The notes under the pieces are model-generated. The model had not been told where the DNA came from and did not search any database. It saw only the letters and a list, made by a program, of their open reading frames with translations. A stretch of DNA of 64,000 bases from contig DATBAK010000084.1 in NCBI GenBank assembly GCA_036271555.1, positions 15,053 through 79,052 of the forward strand. Direction: 5' to 3'. The translations under genes and the position numbers were made by a program. The DNA comes from Acidimicrobiia bacterium (GTDB lineage Bacteria > Actinomycetota > Acidimicrobiia > IMCC26256 > PALSA-610). Below are positions 16,311 through 24,839 of the stretch, in pieces. The stretch's first letter is position 1. Every line of letters starts with the position of its first letter.

Positions 16311-16757
16311 TCAGCCCTTGCGCTTCGCGACGAACAGCGGGATCTGGCGGGTCGTGCGCTCCTGGTACTCCGCGTACGGCGGGTACGCGGCGACGGCCCG
16401 CTTCCACCACTGCGCCTTCTCGTCGCCGTCGACCTCGCGCACGGAGACGGGGAACGGCTCGGGCCCGTCCTGGATCGCGACGTCGTCGGGGTGCGCGACG
16501 AGGTTGTAGTACCAGACCGGGTGCTTCGGCGCGCCGCCCATCGACGCGACGAGTGCGTACTCGCCGTCGTGCTCGACGCGCATGAGCGCGACCTTGCGGA
16601 GGTTGCCGGACTTGTTGCCGCGCATCGTGACGATCACGACCGGCATGCCCGTGTCGAGCAGCGTGTTCGCTTCTTGCCCGCCGGACCCCTCGTACTGCGC
16701 GACCTGGTCGCGCACCCACTGGGCCGGGCTGGGGACGTACTCGTCGTGGTTGCTCAT
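16311..16757 (-). CDS. deazaflavin (F420)-dependent nitroreductase family (DDN-like) oxidoreductase
   Basis: MSNHDEYVPSP...VVIVTMRGNKSGNLRKVALMRVEHDGEYALVASMGGAPKHPVWYYNL...QIPLFV is the characteristic DDN/PNPOx-like pattern. Start set at ATG 16757. Confidence 0.8.
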   Translation of the reverse strand: MSNHDEYVPSPAQWVRDQVAQYEGSGGQEANTLLDTGMPVVIVTMRGNKSGNLRKVALMRVEHDGEYALVASMGGAPKHPVWYYNLVAHPDDVAIQDGPEPFPVSVREVDGDEKAQWWKRAVAAYPPYAEYQERTTRQIPLFVAKRKG

Positions 16758-16767
16758 GGCGCGAACG

Positions 16768-17784
16768 CTATCGACGCTCGACGGTCCCGTCCGCATGGCG
16801 GGCGAAACGGCCCTCGTCGCGCGGCTGCACCGGGCCGTCGGCGGGCCAGGGCCAGCCGCCGAAACCGGTCTCGCGGTAGTCGGCGAACGCCTGCTCGATG
16901 CCGGCCTCGTCGTTCATCACGAACGGCCCGTACTGCGCGACCGGCTCGCCGATCGGACGGCCCTGCAGCACGAGGGCCTCGGCACCGGCGTCGCCCGCGA
17001 CGAGCTCGACGGTCGCGCCGGCGGCCAGCGCCGCGCCGGTCGGCCCGGCGAGATCGTGGGCACCGATCTGTAGTGCGCCTTCGAACACGTACAGCGTGCG
17101 CAGCGTGTCGGATCCGCCCGCGGCACGGGGCAGCGACCAGCGCGCGCCGGGCTCCGCGACGATGTGCCAGATCGCGACGTCGGCGTCGGCGCGTGACGCC
17201 CACGAGCTCGGCGGCGGCGCGGGTGGCGCGGCGTCGTCGAGCGTGCCCGCGATCACGGTGATGCGCGTCGTGCGGCCGTCGTCGTCCTTCGCGACGACGC
17301 GCGGGATGTCTTCGTCCCACAGCATCGTGAAGTACGGATCGACGAGCTTGTCGGCCGCGGGCAGGTTGAGCCAGATCTGGAACAGCTCGCACGGGTTCGG
17401 GCCGTCGCGGTCGAGCAGCGGGAACATCTCGCTGTGCACGATGCCCTCACCGGCGGTGAGCCACTGCACGTCGCCGCGGCCGAAGCGGGCGGTCGCGCCG
17501 AGCGAGTCGGAGTGGTCGATGAGACCCTGGCGCACGAACGTCACGGTCTCGAAGCCGCGGTGCGGATGCTGCGGGAAGCCGGGCACGACGGTGCCGTGGT
17601 ACATGCGCCACCCGTCGACGCCGCTGAAATCCGAGCCGAGATCGCGTCCCGCGAGCGACGCGTCGGGACCGAGCTGCGCGTTCGCCTTCGGGTACCGGTC
17701 GAGATGGTGGACGCAGAAGAGAAACGGATCCACCGCGGGCCACTGGAAGCCGAGCGGCACGGTCTGGAGCACGGGGTCGGTCAC
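16768..17784 (-). CDS. pirin family protein
   Basis: Bicupin with the pirin metal-site motif (FPQHPHRGFETVTFV...HSDS...VQWLTAGEGIVHSE). Confidence 0.85.
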   Translation of the reverse strand: MTDPVLQTVPLGFQWPAVDPFLFCVHHLDRYPKANAQLGPDASLAGRDLGSDFSGVDGWRMYHGTVVPGFPQHPHRGFETVTFVRQGLIDHSDSLGATARFGRGDVQWLTAGEGIVHSEMFPLLDRDGPNPCELFQIWLNLPAADKLVDPYFTMLWDEDIPRVVAKDDDGRTTRITVIAGTLDDAAPPAPPPSSWASRADADVAIWHIVAEPGARWSLPRAAGGSDTLRTLYVFEGALQIGAHDLAGPTGAALAAGATVELVAGDAGAEALVLQGRPIGEPVAQYGPFVMNDEAGIEQAFADYRETGFGGWPWPADGPVQPRDEGRFARHADGTVERR

Positions 17785-17858
17785 ACGTCGAGGATACGAG
17801 CCGTACGAACCCGCACTGACACCGGCGGCGCGCCGACGTCCGATACGTTCGAGACCCG

Positions 17859-18701
17859 GTGCGCATCCTGGCCACGAACGACGACGGCATCGAAGCCGAA
17901 GGCCTCCACGCGCTCGCGCGCGCCGTCGTCGACGCGGGTCACGACGTCGTCGTTGCCGCGCCCGATACCGACGCGAGCGGCAGTGGCGCGGCCATCGGGA
18001 TCTTCCACTCCGACTCGCGCATCGACGTGAAGCAGGTGCGCCTGCCGTCGTGCGACGCGCCCGCGTGGGCGGTCGGCGGACCGCCGGGCTTGTGCGCGCT
18101 CGCGGCGCGTCTCGGCGCGTTCGGCGACCCGCCCGACATCGTCGTGTCGGGCATCAACGCAGGCCTCAACACCGGCCGCGCCATCCTGCACTCGGGCACC
18201 GTCGGCGCCGCGCTCACGGCTCAGAACTTCGGCGCGAAGGGCCTCGCGGTGAGCGTCGCCGCGGGCGACGAGTGGCGCTGGGACACCGCCGCGACGATCG
18301 CGGTCGAGGTGCTCGACGTGCTCATCGACGCGCCGCCCCGCTCGGTGCTCAACCTGAACGTGCCCGCACTCGCGCGCGGCGACGTCAAGGGTGTGCGCTG
18401 GGCGCGGCTCGCCGCGTTCGGAGCGGTGCGCGCCGCGATCGCGACTGCGGAGTCGGATGGCCAGCTCCAGATCGAGTTGCGCGCGGTCGACGAGCAGCTC
18501 CCGCCGGACACCGACACCGCGCTCGCCGACGCGGGGTACGCGACGCTCACCACCATCTGCGGCATCGCGGAGGCGTGGCCGCCCGAGGGCGCGAGCCCGG
18601 CGGTCGACGAACGCCCGGTACCCGGCGCGTCGTTCGACACCGTGCACACGGTGCCCGACGCGAGCGAGAGCCGGAACCTGCACAGCCGGGAGCGCGCCTG
18701 A
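17859..18701 (+). CDS. surE: 5'/3'-nucleotidase SurE
   Basis: N-terminus MRILATNDDGIEAEGL plus SGINAGLNTG match SurE signatures. GTG start. Confidence 0.85.
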   Translation: MRILATNDDGIEAEGLHALARAVVDAGHDVVVAAPDTDASGSGAAIGIFHSDSRIDVKQVRLPSCDAPAWAVGGPPGLCALAARLGAFGDPPDIVVSGINAGLNTGRAILHSGTVGAALTAQNFGAKGLAVSVAAGDEWRWDTAATIAVEVLDVLIDAPPRSVLNLNVPALARGDVKGVRWARLAAFGAVRAAIATAESDGQLQIELRAVDEQLPPDTDTALADAGYATLTTICGIAEAWPPEGASPAVDERPVPGASFDTVHTVPDASESRNLHSRERA

Positions 18702-19603
18702 TGCATCGAAGGTCACCCGGGTTGTGGGCCGTCGTCGCGGCGTGCGCGATCGTCGCCGGCGCGTGCAGCTCGTCGTCGTCGTCGGGCGCGGGGTCGACGG
18801 GTGCGTCGTCGTCGACCAAGGCGCGCACGACGGCTGCGGTCACCACCACGACGACCGCGCCCCGTCCGACGACGAACGACGCCGACGCCGCGATGCTCGC
18901 GTGGGTGCACTCGCGCCAGGGCACGACCGACGTCTCGATCGGCGACGTCGCGACCGGCAACGTCACCGACGTCACGCCGCTCCCCCAGACCCAGATGCGC
19001 ATCGCGTCGGTCGTGAAGGTGTCGATCGCGATCGCGATCCTGCGCCAGCTGCACGCGCAGGGTCAGCCGGTGAGCTCGACGATCATGAACGACCTCACGG
19101 TCATGATCGAGCAGAGCGACAACGACGCGGCGCAACGACTCTGGACGTTCGAGGGCGGTCCCGACGCGCTGCTCGTGACCGAGCGCACCGCCGGACTCAC
19201 GCAGACCGCGTACCAGGTCGGCCACGGCTGGGGCTTCTCGCTCACGACCGCGCACGACCAGGCGCGGCTGGAGGCGATGCTCGCGGGCAACCGCATGCTC
19301 GACCCGCAGAGCACGCAGCTCGAGCTCAACCTCATGCACCACGTGGTGAGCAGCGAGCAGTGGGGCTTCGCCGATGTGGTCGCGCCCGACATCGCGCCGG
19401 CGATCAAGAACGGTTGGTACGAGGACACCGACGCGCCGGTCTGGCGCGTGCACTGCACCGCGATCTTCGACAGCCCGCTGCTCGCGCACCCGTTCTCGAT
19501 CGCGGTGTTCAACCGCTACCCCGCGACGCTCGGGATGGGCTACGGCGAGGACACCTGCCGCGGCATCGCCCGTCGACTCGGCGCGTACCTCGAGCGCAAG
19601 TAA
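18701..19603 (+). CDS. lipoprotein with class A beta-lactamase-like serine hydrolase domain
   Basis: Lipobox (IVAGAC) followed by a Ser/Thr-rich linker. Has S-x-x-K (SVVK) and SDN (EQSDNDAA). The third motif reads KNG instead of KTG. ATG at 18701 overlaps the surE stop by 1 nt. Confidence 0.65.
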   Translation: MHRRSPGLWAVVAACAIVAGACSSSSSSGAGSTGASSSTKARTTAAVTTTTTAPRPTTNDADAAMLAWVHSRQGTTDVSIGDVATGNVTDVTPLPQTQMRIASVVKVSIAIAILRQLHAQGQPVSSTIMNDLTVMIEQSDNDAAQRLWTFEGGPDALLVTERTAGLTQTAYQVGHGWGFSLTTAHDQARLEAMLAGNRMLDPQSTQLELNLMHHVVSSEQWGFADVVAPDIAPAIKNGWYEDTDAPVWRVHCTAIFDSPLLAHPFSIAVFNRYPATLGMGYGEDTCRGIARRLGAYLERK

Positions 19604-19621
19604 CCCGCCGACCCGCCGGCG

Positions 19622-19706
19622 CCCCGCCCGGTTCGTGCTCGCTGCGCTCGCCGCTCCTGACGCCCCAGCCCCCAAGTCGGGCGGGCCGCGACGCGACCCG
19701 CCCGAT
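19622..19706 (-). repeat. dispersed intergenic repeat family A, copy A1 (inverted orientation)
   Basis: Reverse complement reads GGGCGGGTCGCGTCGCGGCCCGCCCGACTT...GCGTCAGGAGCGGCGAGCGCAGCGAGCACGAAC. It shares the core GGAGCGGCGAGCGCAGCGAG with copies A2-A6 and contains a 9-bp GC hairpin. It lies between convergent genes. Confidence 0.6.
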
Positions 19707-19717
19707 CTGGTGGACGA

Positions 19718-20872
19718 TTACGCGGCCAGCGGGTTGCGCAGGCGGCGGAGCAGCTTGCCGAGGGCGGCGAGGCCGAAGCCCGCACCCGCGAAGCCACCCG
19801 CCGACATCGGCGAGAACGGCGACGATGACGACGACGACGCGCCGACGTTCGCGACGCACGAGCCGTTCAGCTGCGCCGGCGTCGTGCCCGCACCCGTCAC
19901 CGCGGTCGCACCGCCGTCGTGGCGGGCCTTGACGGTGGCGTGGGCGTGGGCCGCCGGAGTCGACGCGCCGTTGCTGCTGCACAGGCCGGTGTCGACGTTG
20001 ATCACCGCTGCGAGCCCGAGGCACACCGTCTTCGCGTTGACCGGGCTGCCCGCGGTCGTACCGACCGGGACGCTCGGCGCTGCCGCACTGTTGCTGCACG
20101 ACAGCAACGAGTCGAGCCCGAGCTGACCGACGAGGTCGCACAGACCGCTCGTCGAGAGGGCCTTCGTCACCGTGGTCGGGTCGAGGGCTGCGCCGCTCGG
20201 CAACGACCCGAGGTTCGACACGTCACCGAGACTGCCGGTCGGGAGCGAACCCGTCGGCAGCAACCCGGTCGGGAGCGAACCCGTCGGGAGCGAACCCGTC
20301 GGCAGCGAACCCGTCGGCAGCGAACCCGTCGGCAGGGAGCCGGTCGGGATCGACGCCGTGCAGGTGTCGATCGGCGCGCCGGCGGCCTGCCGGACCTCGA
20401 CACACCCGCCGACGTCGGCGAGGGCGCGCGGCAGGGTGCCGGCGTCCTGGAGTGCCGACACCTGACCCACGATCGGGTTCGCTCCGTCGATCGCGCCGGG
20501 GCACGACTGCGGGTCGTCACCGCTGAGGATCGTCGCCGCGATGCACGCGTCGACCTTCACGTGCGTGTCGCCCAGACGGACGAGCTGCGAGGTCTGACCC
20601 GTCGGGTCCGAGACCGGGACGCTCGACGCGTTCGGGTGCAGGTGCACGTCGACGTGTGCGGGAACCAACGCGTCGGTTCCGGGCACGGGCGGCGTAGTGG
20701 GTGAGCCGGTTCCGATCGTCACGATCGGGTGGCTCGCGCCACTGCCGTCGAGCAGACCGGGAACCGACACCGACAGCGTCGTCGCACCGGCGACTCCGCC
20801 AAATCCGATGAGCGTCACGCCGGCGACCGCTGCGGCCGCGAATGCGCGCGCGAGAGCATGAATGCGAATCAC
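19718..20872 (-). CDS. secreted Cys-loop / PTGSL-repeat protein of unknown function with C-terminal hydrophobic-basic tail
   Basis: GTG at 20872 is preceded by GAAGGGAAG. The signal peptide is IRIHALARAFAAAAVAGVTLIGFGGVAGA. Four C-x13-C segments and eight tandem PTGSL/PTGLL units are present. The C-terminus reads GGFAGAGFGLAALGKLLRRLRNPLAA. The ORF-track start at 21208 is rejected. Confidence 0.6.
   Translation of the reverse strand: MIRIHALARAFAAAAVAGVTLIGFGGVAGATTLSVSVPGLLDGSGASHPIVTIGTGSPTTPPVPGTDALVPAHVDVHLHPNASSVPVSDPTGQTSQLVRLGDTHVKVDACIAATILSGDDPQSCPGAIDGANPIVGQVSALQDAGTLPRALADVGGCVEVRQAAGAPIDTCTASIPTGSLPTGSLPTGSLPTGSLPTGSLPTGLLPTGSLPTGSLGDVSNLGSLPSGAALDPTTVTKALSTSGLCDLVGQLGLDSLLSCSNSAAAPSVPVGTTAGSPVNAKTVCLGLAAVINVDTGLCSSNGASTPAAHAHATVKARHDGGATAVTGAGTTPAQLNGSCVANVGASSSSSSPFSPMSAGGFAGAGFGLAALGKLLRRLRNPLAA
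20228..20347 (-). repeat. in-frame tandem repeat, 8 x 15 bp, encoding (PTGSL)8
   Basis: Plus-strand units are GAGCGAACCCGTCGG / CAGCGAACCCGTCGG and variants, repeated head-to-tail eight times. All six frames are open here. Confidence 0.9.
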
Positions 20873-20963
20873 AACACTTCCCTTCGTTCGGCGCGCCGGG
20901 CGGCGCGCGCGGAGTGCACGAGACGTCCACTCGTCGACGAGCGGACGCGTGAGGGAGGTGTTG

Positions 20964-21629
20964 CTAACCGGGGCGGGCGATGTCGCGAAGGACGACCGTC
21001 TCCGGTTCGCGCGCCGTATCGATCGGCGCGTGCGACCAGCCGTCGGGTTGACGGCAGCCATCGCGCGTCGTGACTGCGAACGGAACACCGAGGCCCGTCG
21101 ACGGGGAGCCGAACGGACCGTCGTCGACACCGAGCGGGAAGCGATCCGCGCGCCGGTGCCGCACCGCGTGCGCGGGCACGCGTGCCGGAGAAGAAGTGGT
21201 GCGCGCACGCGTCGCGCGCGGCGCCGTGCCGTTGACCTGACGCAGATGCCGAGTCACCGCGTGGTGCGGGTGGGTCGCGACCGTGCGTGCCGCGAGCGGC
21301 GCGACGACGGGGGTCCGCGCGCTCGGCGCGTGTCCGATCGGAGCGATCGACACGACCGGCGCGACCGACTCCCGCACGCGCGTGATCGTGTGCTGCACGA
21401 TCGGATGGACGATCTTCACGACGGGTCGGACCGCCGGCGGCACCGCGGGCTTCGGGAGCGGCGGCCGCGCGCCGTGCCCCGGGTGGGGCAACGCGCCGCC
21501 GAGCGCGCCCGGGATGCTCGGAGTATCGAGCGTCCGCGGTGCGCTCGCGTACGCGGTGCCCGACCAGAGCACGAACGCGAAGGCCGCACCTCCGAAACCG
21601 GCGAGGAGCAGCAGCAGGCGGCGGGACAT
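20964..21629 (-). CDS. secreted Pro/His/Arg-rich hypothetical protein
   Basis: N-terminal signal peptide (RRLLLLLAGFGGAAFAFVLWSGTAYASA). The rest is low-complexity P/V/H/R-rich sequence and I recognise no family. It lies directly upstream, on the same strand, of the Cys-loop protein gene. Confidence 0.45.
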   Translation of the reverse strand: MSRRLLLLLAGFGGAAFAFVLWSGTAYASAPRTLDTPSIPGALGGALPHPGHGARPPLPKPAVPPAVRPVVKIVHPIVQHTITRVRESVAPVVSIAPIGHAPSARTPVVAPLAARTVATHPHHAVTRHLRQVNGTAPRATRARTTSSPARVPAHAVRHRRADRFPLGVDDGPFGSPSTGLGVPFAVTTRDGCRQPDGWSHAPIDTAREPETVVLRDIARPG

Positions 21630-21685
21630 ACAGAAGCAGTCCTACCACTCTGCGTGGTCGTACAAACGCGCTTCGAGGACACCCT

Positions 21686-22669
21686 CTACCAGGACGTTCG
21701 CGCCGCGATCGCGCGCAATTCGGCCCGGGTGGCGTCGTCGCACCGCGCACCCTCGATGCCGGCCCGGAAGGCCGCCTCCGCGGTGCACCCGAGCTGGGCC
21801 GCCGCTTCGTACTCACGGCCGAGGTCGGTGTCGAACATCGCGGGGTCGTCGGTGCTGATCGAGCAGGGCACGTCGGCGGCGAGGAGCGCCGGCAGCGGGT
21901 GCGCGGCGAGCGTGTCGACGACGCGCGTGCGCACGTTCGACACCGGGCACACGTCGCACACGACACGGCGGTCGGCGAGCTCACGCAGCAGCGCGGGATC
22001 CTCGACCGCGCGCACACCGTGCCGCAGCCGGTCGGCGTGGAGCAGGTCGAGCGCGGCGCGAATCGACTCGACCCCCGCGGCCTCACCCGCGTGCGGCACC
22101 GACCCGAGCCCGCCACCCTTCGCGAGGTCGAACGCGGGCGCGTACTTCTCCGGCGGCCCTTGTGCCTCGAGGCCGCCGAGCCCGAGCGCGACGATGCCGC
22201 GGTCCCGGTACTTGAGCGAGTACCGCGCGGTCTCCATCGCGGCTTCGAGGTCGAACGTGCGCGGGATGTCGGGGGTCAGGCGCACCTCGACACCGTGCCG
22301 TTCCCTCGCCTCGGCCGCGCCGTCGCAGAAGCCGGTGAAGACCTCGTCCCACGACGCGCCCCCGAGCACGCGCTCCGCCGGGGAGAAGATGCCTTCGAGG
22401 TAGACCGCGCCGTAGGACGCGGCTTCGGCCGCGTAGCTCACGACGACCTCGCGGAAGTCGAGCTCCGTGCGGATCACGTGGGTCGTCATGACCCAGAGCT
22501 TGATGAAGTGGTCGAAGTCGGTGAACTCGTAGAGCGCGGCGAGGTCTTCGACGGAGTCGACCGGCAGGCCGACGCGGTTGCGGCGCGCGATGTGCAACAG
22601 CTCGGGCGCGCGCACGGTGCCCTCGAGGTGGACGTGCAGCTCGATCTTCGGACTCGGAACGGTGGTCAT
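21686..22669 (-). CDS. add: adenosine deaminase
   Basis: Metal-site motifs ELHVHLEGT, PHAGE and SISTDDPAMF. Length 327 aa. Confidence 0.9.
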   Translation of the reverse strand: MTTVPSPKIELHVHLEGTVRAPELLHIARRNRVGLPVDSVEDLAALYEFTDFDHFIKLWVMTTHVIRTELDFREVVVSYAAEAASYGAVYLEGIFSPAERVLGGASWDEVFTGFCDGAAEARERHGVEVRLTPDIPRTFDLEAAMETARYSLKYRDRGIVALGLGGLEAQGPPEKYAPAFDLAKGGGLGSVPHAGEAAGVESIRAALDLLHADRLRHGVRAVEDPALLRELADRRVVCDVCPVSNVRTRVVDTLAAHPLPALLAADVPCSISTDDPAMFDTDLGREYEAAAQLGCTAEAAFRAGIEGARCDDATRAELRAIAARTSW

Positions 22670-22725
22670 GACACAACTCCCGGACGCGCGGTGACGGACG
22701 TCTGGACCGCGTCGTCCCGCCGCAA

Positions 22726-22800
22726 CGGGCGGGTCGCTGTGCGGCTCGTCCGATCCGTCGGCTGCGGCGTCAGGAGCGGCGAGCGAAAGCGGGCGCGACC
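22726..22800 (+). repeat. repeat family A, copy A2
   Basis: ACGGGCGGGTCGCTGTGCGGC...GCGTCAGGAGCGGCGAGCGAAAGCGGGCGCGACC, in the add / NUDIX divergent spacer. Confidence 0.55.
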
Positions 22801-22887
22801 AGCAAAATCCGAACCGGGGTCGTCAGACCCTGCCCCTCTGGTCGGCTCGAGACGCGTCGACGATACCTCGCGTTAGCGTCGACAGGC

Positions 22888-23373
22888 TTGGACACCGTCG
22901 AACGTCGCGCCGCGCGCGTGCTGCTCATCGCCGACGGCGCGGTGTTGCTGATCCAGGGTCACGATCCCTCGCAGCCGGAGCTCGGCCCGTGGTGGCACAC
23001 GCCCGGTGGCGGCATCGAGGAGGGTGAGGCACTCGAGACCGCCGCGGCGCGCGAGGTCGAGGAGGAGACCGGCCTGCACGTCGATGTCGAGTCGCTCGGC
23101 CCGTGCATCGCGACGCGGCGCACGACGTTCGCGTTCGACGGCCGCAGCTACGAGCAGGACGAGTGGTTCTTCGCCCTACGCGTCGATCGCTTCGAGCCAC
23201 ACGGTCGCGGCTGGATCGAGATCGAGCAGCGCTCGCTGCTGCGGTACGGATGGTGGACACCCGACGAGCTCGACGCGACGAGCGAGATCGTGTACCCCGC
23301 CGAGCTCGGCACGGTGGTACGGGCGCTGCTCGCGGGCCCGATCGTCGAACCGCGCCGGCTGTCGGGCGACTAG
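22888..23373 (+). CDS. NUDIX hydrolase
   Basis: Nudix box GGGIEEGEALETAAAREVEEETG. TTG start as given in the ORF track. Confidence 0.8.
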   Translation: MDTVERRAARVLLIADGAVLLIQGHDPSQPELGPWWHTPGGGIEEGEALETAAAREVEEETGLHVDVESLGPCIATRRTTFAFDGRSYEQDEWFFALRVDRFEPHGRGWIEIEQRSLLRYGWWTPDELDATSEIVYPAELGTVVRALLAGPIVEPRRLSGD

Positions 23374-23381
23374 CCGGGGCA

Positions 23382-23963
23382 CTAGGTGGAGGGACGCGGA
23401 TCCGCGAGCTGAATCGTGCGGATCAGCGCGTCGCCGATCGGCAGCGGCGCGCAGCCGTGATCGTGCTCGCACACGAAGTCGAACTTCGACTTCGCGGCCG
23501 AGTGGCACGCCGCGCAGTTACCGCCGAATCGGTTCACGACGTTCTGCACGCCGCGCGTCAGGATCTTGGTTCCCGAGTTCGACACGTCGAGCGAGAAGAA
23601 CTCCCAGTCGTCGGTCGCGGGATTCCAACCGGGGCGGTGCTTCACCATCGCCTCTTGCGGCACGAGCTGGAGCACGGTGCCGACCGGGTACGTGCCGCCG
23701 GCGGCGGAGTGCGCGACCGCGAGCGTGCCCTTCGAGTTGCCGAGCAGGTTGGCGACGAAGAAGCCGCGCACCGGCGTCATCGTCTTCAAGCTCGTGAAGC
23801 TCGTCGCCGTCACGTGCACGTCGGCGACGGTGCTCGTGGGCCCGCGGCTCGACGCCGGATGCGCACCGCGTGACGCGGTGCTCGAGCAGCCGAAGGCGAC
23901 GAGACCGACGACGAGCGGCGCCGGCCACGCGGCCGCGAGGGAACGAAGGCGGATCCGGAGCAC
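23382..23963 (-). CDS. lipoprotein with single heme-c site, cytochrome P460-like
   Basis: Lipobox (LVAFGCSS) and one CXXCH motif (NCAACH) near the C-terminus. The preceding WEFFSLD region resembles the cytochrome P460 family. Confidence 0.6.
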   Translation of the reverse strand: MLRIRLRSLAAAWPAPLVVGLVAFGCSSTASRGAHPASSRGPTSTVADVHVTATSFTSLKTMTPVRGFFVANLLGNSKGTLAVAHSAAGGTYPVGTVLQLVPQEAMVKHRPGWNPATDDWEFFSLDVSNSGTKILTRGVQNVVNRFGGNCAACHSAAKSKFDFVCEHDHGCAPLPIGDALIRTIQLADPRPST

Positions 23964-24017
23964 GCCCCCGGTACGGACCGCAGGCCGCCGCGGTTCAATC
24001 CGCGGCGTGCGTTGTGC

Positions 24018-24677
24018 TCAGACGGTTGCGGCGCCCGACGATGACGATGACGACGGCGACGGCGCCGCCGCGATCCCGTCGAGCACGTCCAGGTCCGCGA
24101 GCGCGCTCGCGATCGCGTCGCCGACATCGGGAGGCGGCTGGTTGCCGTCAATGGTCACGACGATGCCGAGACCCGAGAACCATTCGATCGCAGGCCGGGT
24201 CTGCGACTCGTAGAGCGCGAGCCGCAGCCGGATCGCGCTGACGTCGTCATCGGAGCGCGCCCGCTCCGCGAGCCGCTCGAACGAGACGCGCGTCGGCACC
24301 GACAGCTCGACCACGCGCCGCACGACGTGGTGCGTCGACCGTTCGATCAGCGCGTGCGCCTGCGGGAGCGTGCGCGGGAAGCCGTCGAGGAGCACGAGCT
24401 CGTAGGCCATCTCATCGAGCGCGCGCAGCACGATCTCGACGGTGAGGTCGTCGGGGACGAGGCCGCCGGCATCGACGAGGGACTGGAGCTTCAGACCGAG
24501 CGGCGTGCGCCGCGCGATGAGATCGCGGAAGTGCTCGCCGCTCGAGAGGTGGCCCCAGCCGTGCTGCTCCGCGAGCCGCGCACACTGGGTGCCCTTGCCC
24601 GAGCCGGGCGGGCCGGCGACGAGCACGATCCCGACGGACGACTCGGCGCGAGGACGTTCGCTCGTGACCAAGATCAC
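24018..24677 (-). CDS. adk: adenylate kinase family protein (stand-alone paralog, short LID)
   Basis: P-loop GPPGSGKGTQ, LLDGFPRT, and a short LID region without a Cys4 zinc motif. It has a Ser-rich C-terminal tail. The true start may be an internal GTG nearer the P-loop. Confidence 0.7.
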   Translation of the reverse strand: MILVTSERPRAESSVGIVLVAGPPGSGKGTQCARLAEQHGWGHLSSGEHFRDLIARRTPLGLKLQSLVDAGGLVPDDLTVEIVLRALDEMAYELVLLDGFPRTLPQAHALIERSTHHVVRRVVELSVPTRVSFERLAERARSDDDVSAIRLRLALYESQTRPAIEWFSGLGIVVTIDGNQPPPDVGDAIASALADLDVLDGIAAAPSPSSSSSSGAATV

Positions 24678-24839
24678 ATTTTAGAGCGGCTCGGAGGCCT
24701 CGGCTCCAGCCCGATCGCGCCTCGCGCGCGGATGAAATCACGCGCTTCATCACAGGAGCCGACCCGGCCCATCGGAGCTGCTCACCCGCAACGGCGGGCG
24801 CCGCAGACCGTTAGCCTCCGGCCGGCAGGGAGGACCCAC

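Noticed and set aside
20228-20347. 8 x 15-bp tandem repeat considered as a CRISPR or minisatellite locus
   Set aside because: The units are contiguous with no spacers, are only 15 bp long, and sit in frame inside a coding sequence with good third-position GC bias. It is a coding pentapeptide repeat.
17859-24677. Concentration of nucleotide-metabolism genes (surE, add, NUDIX, adk-like, and later dut) considered as a nucleotide-depletion anti-phage system
   Set aside because: The genes are on different strands and are separated by unrelated genes. They have normal housekeeping lengths and motifs, with no associated sensor or effector domains, and no operon structure links them.
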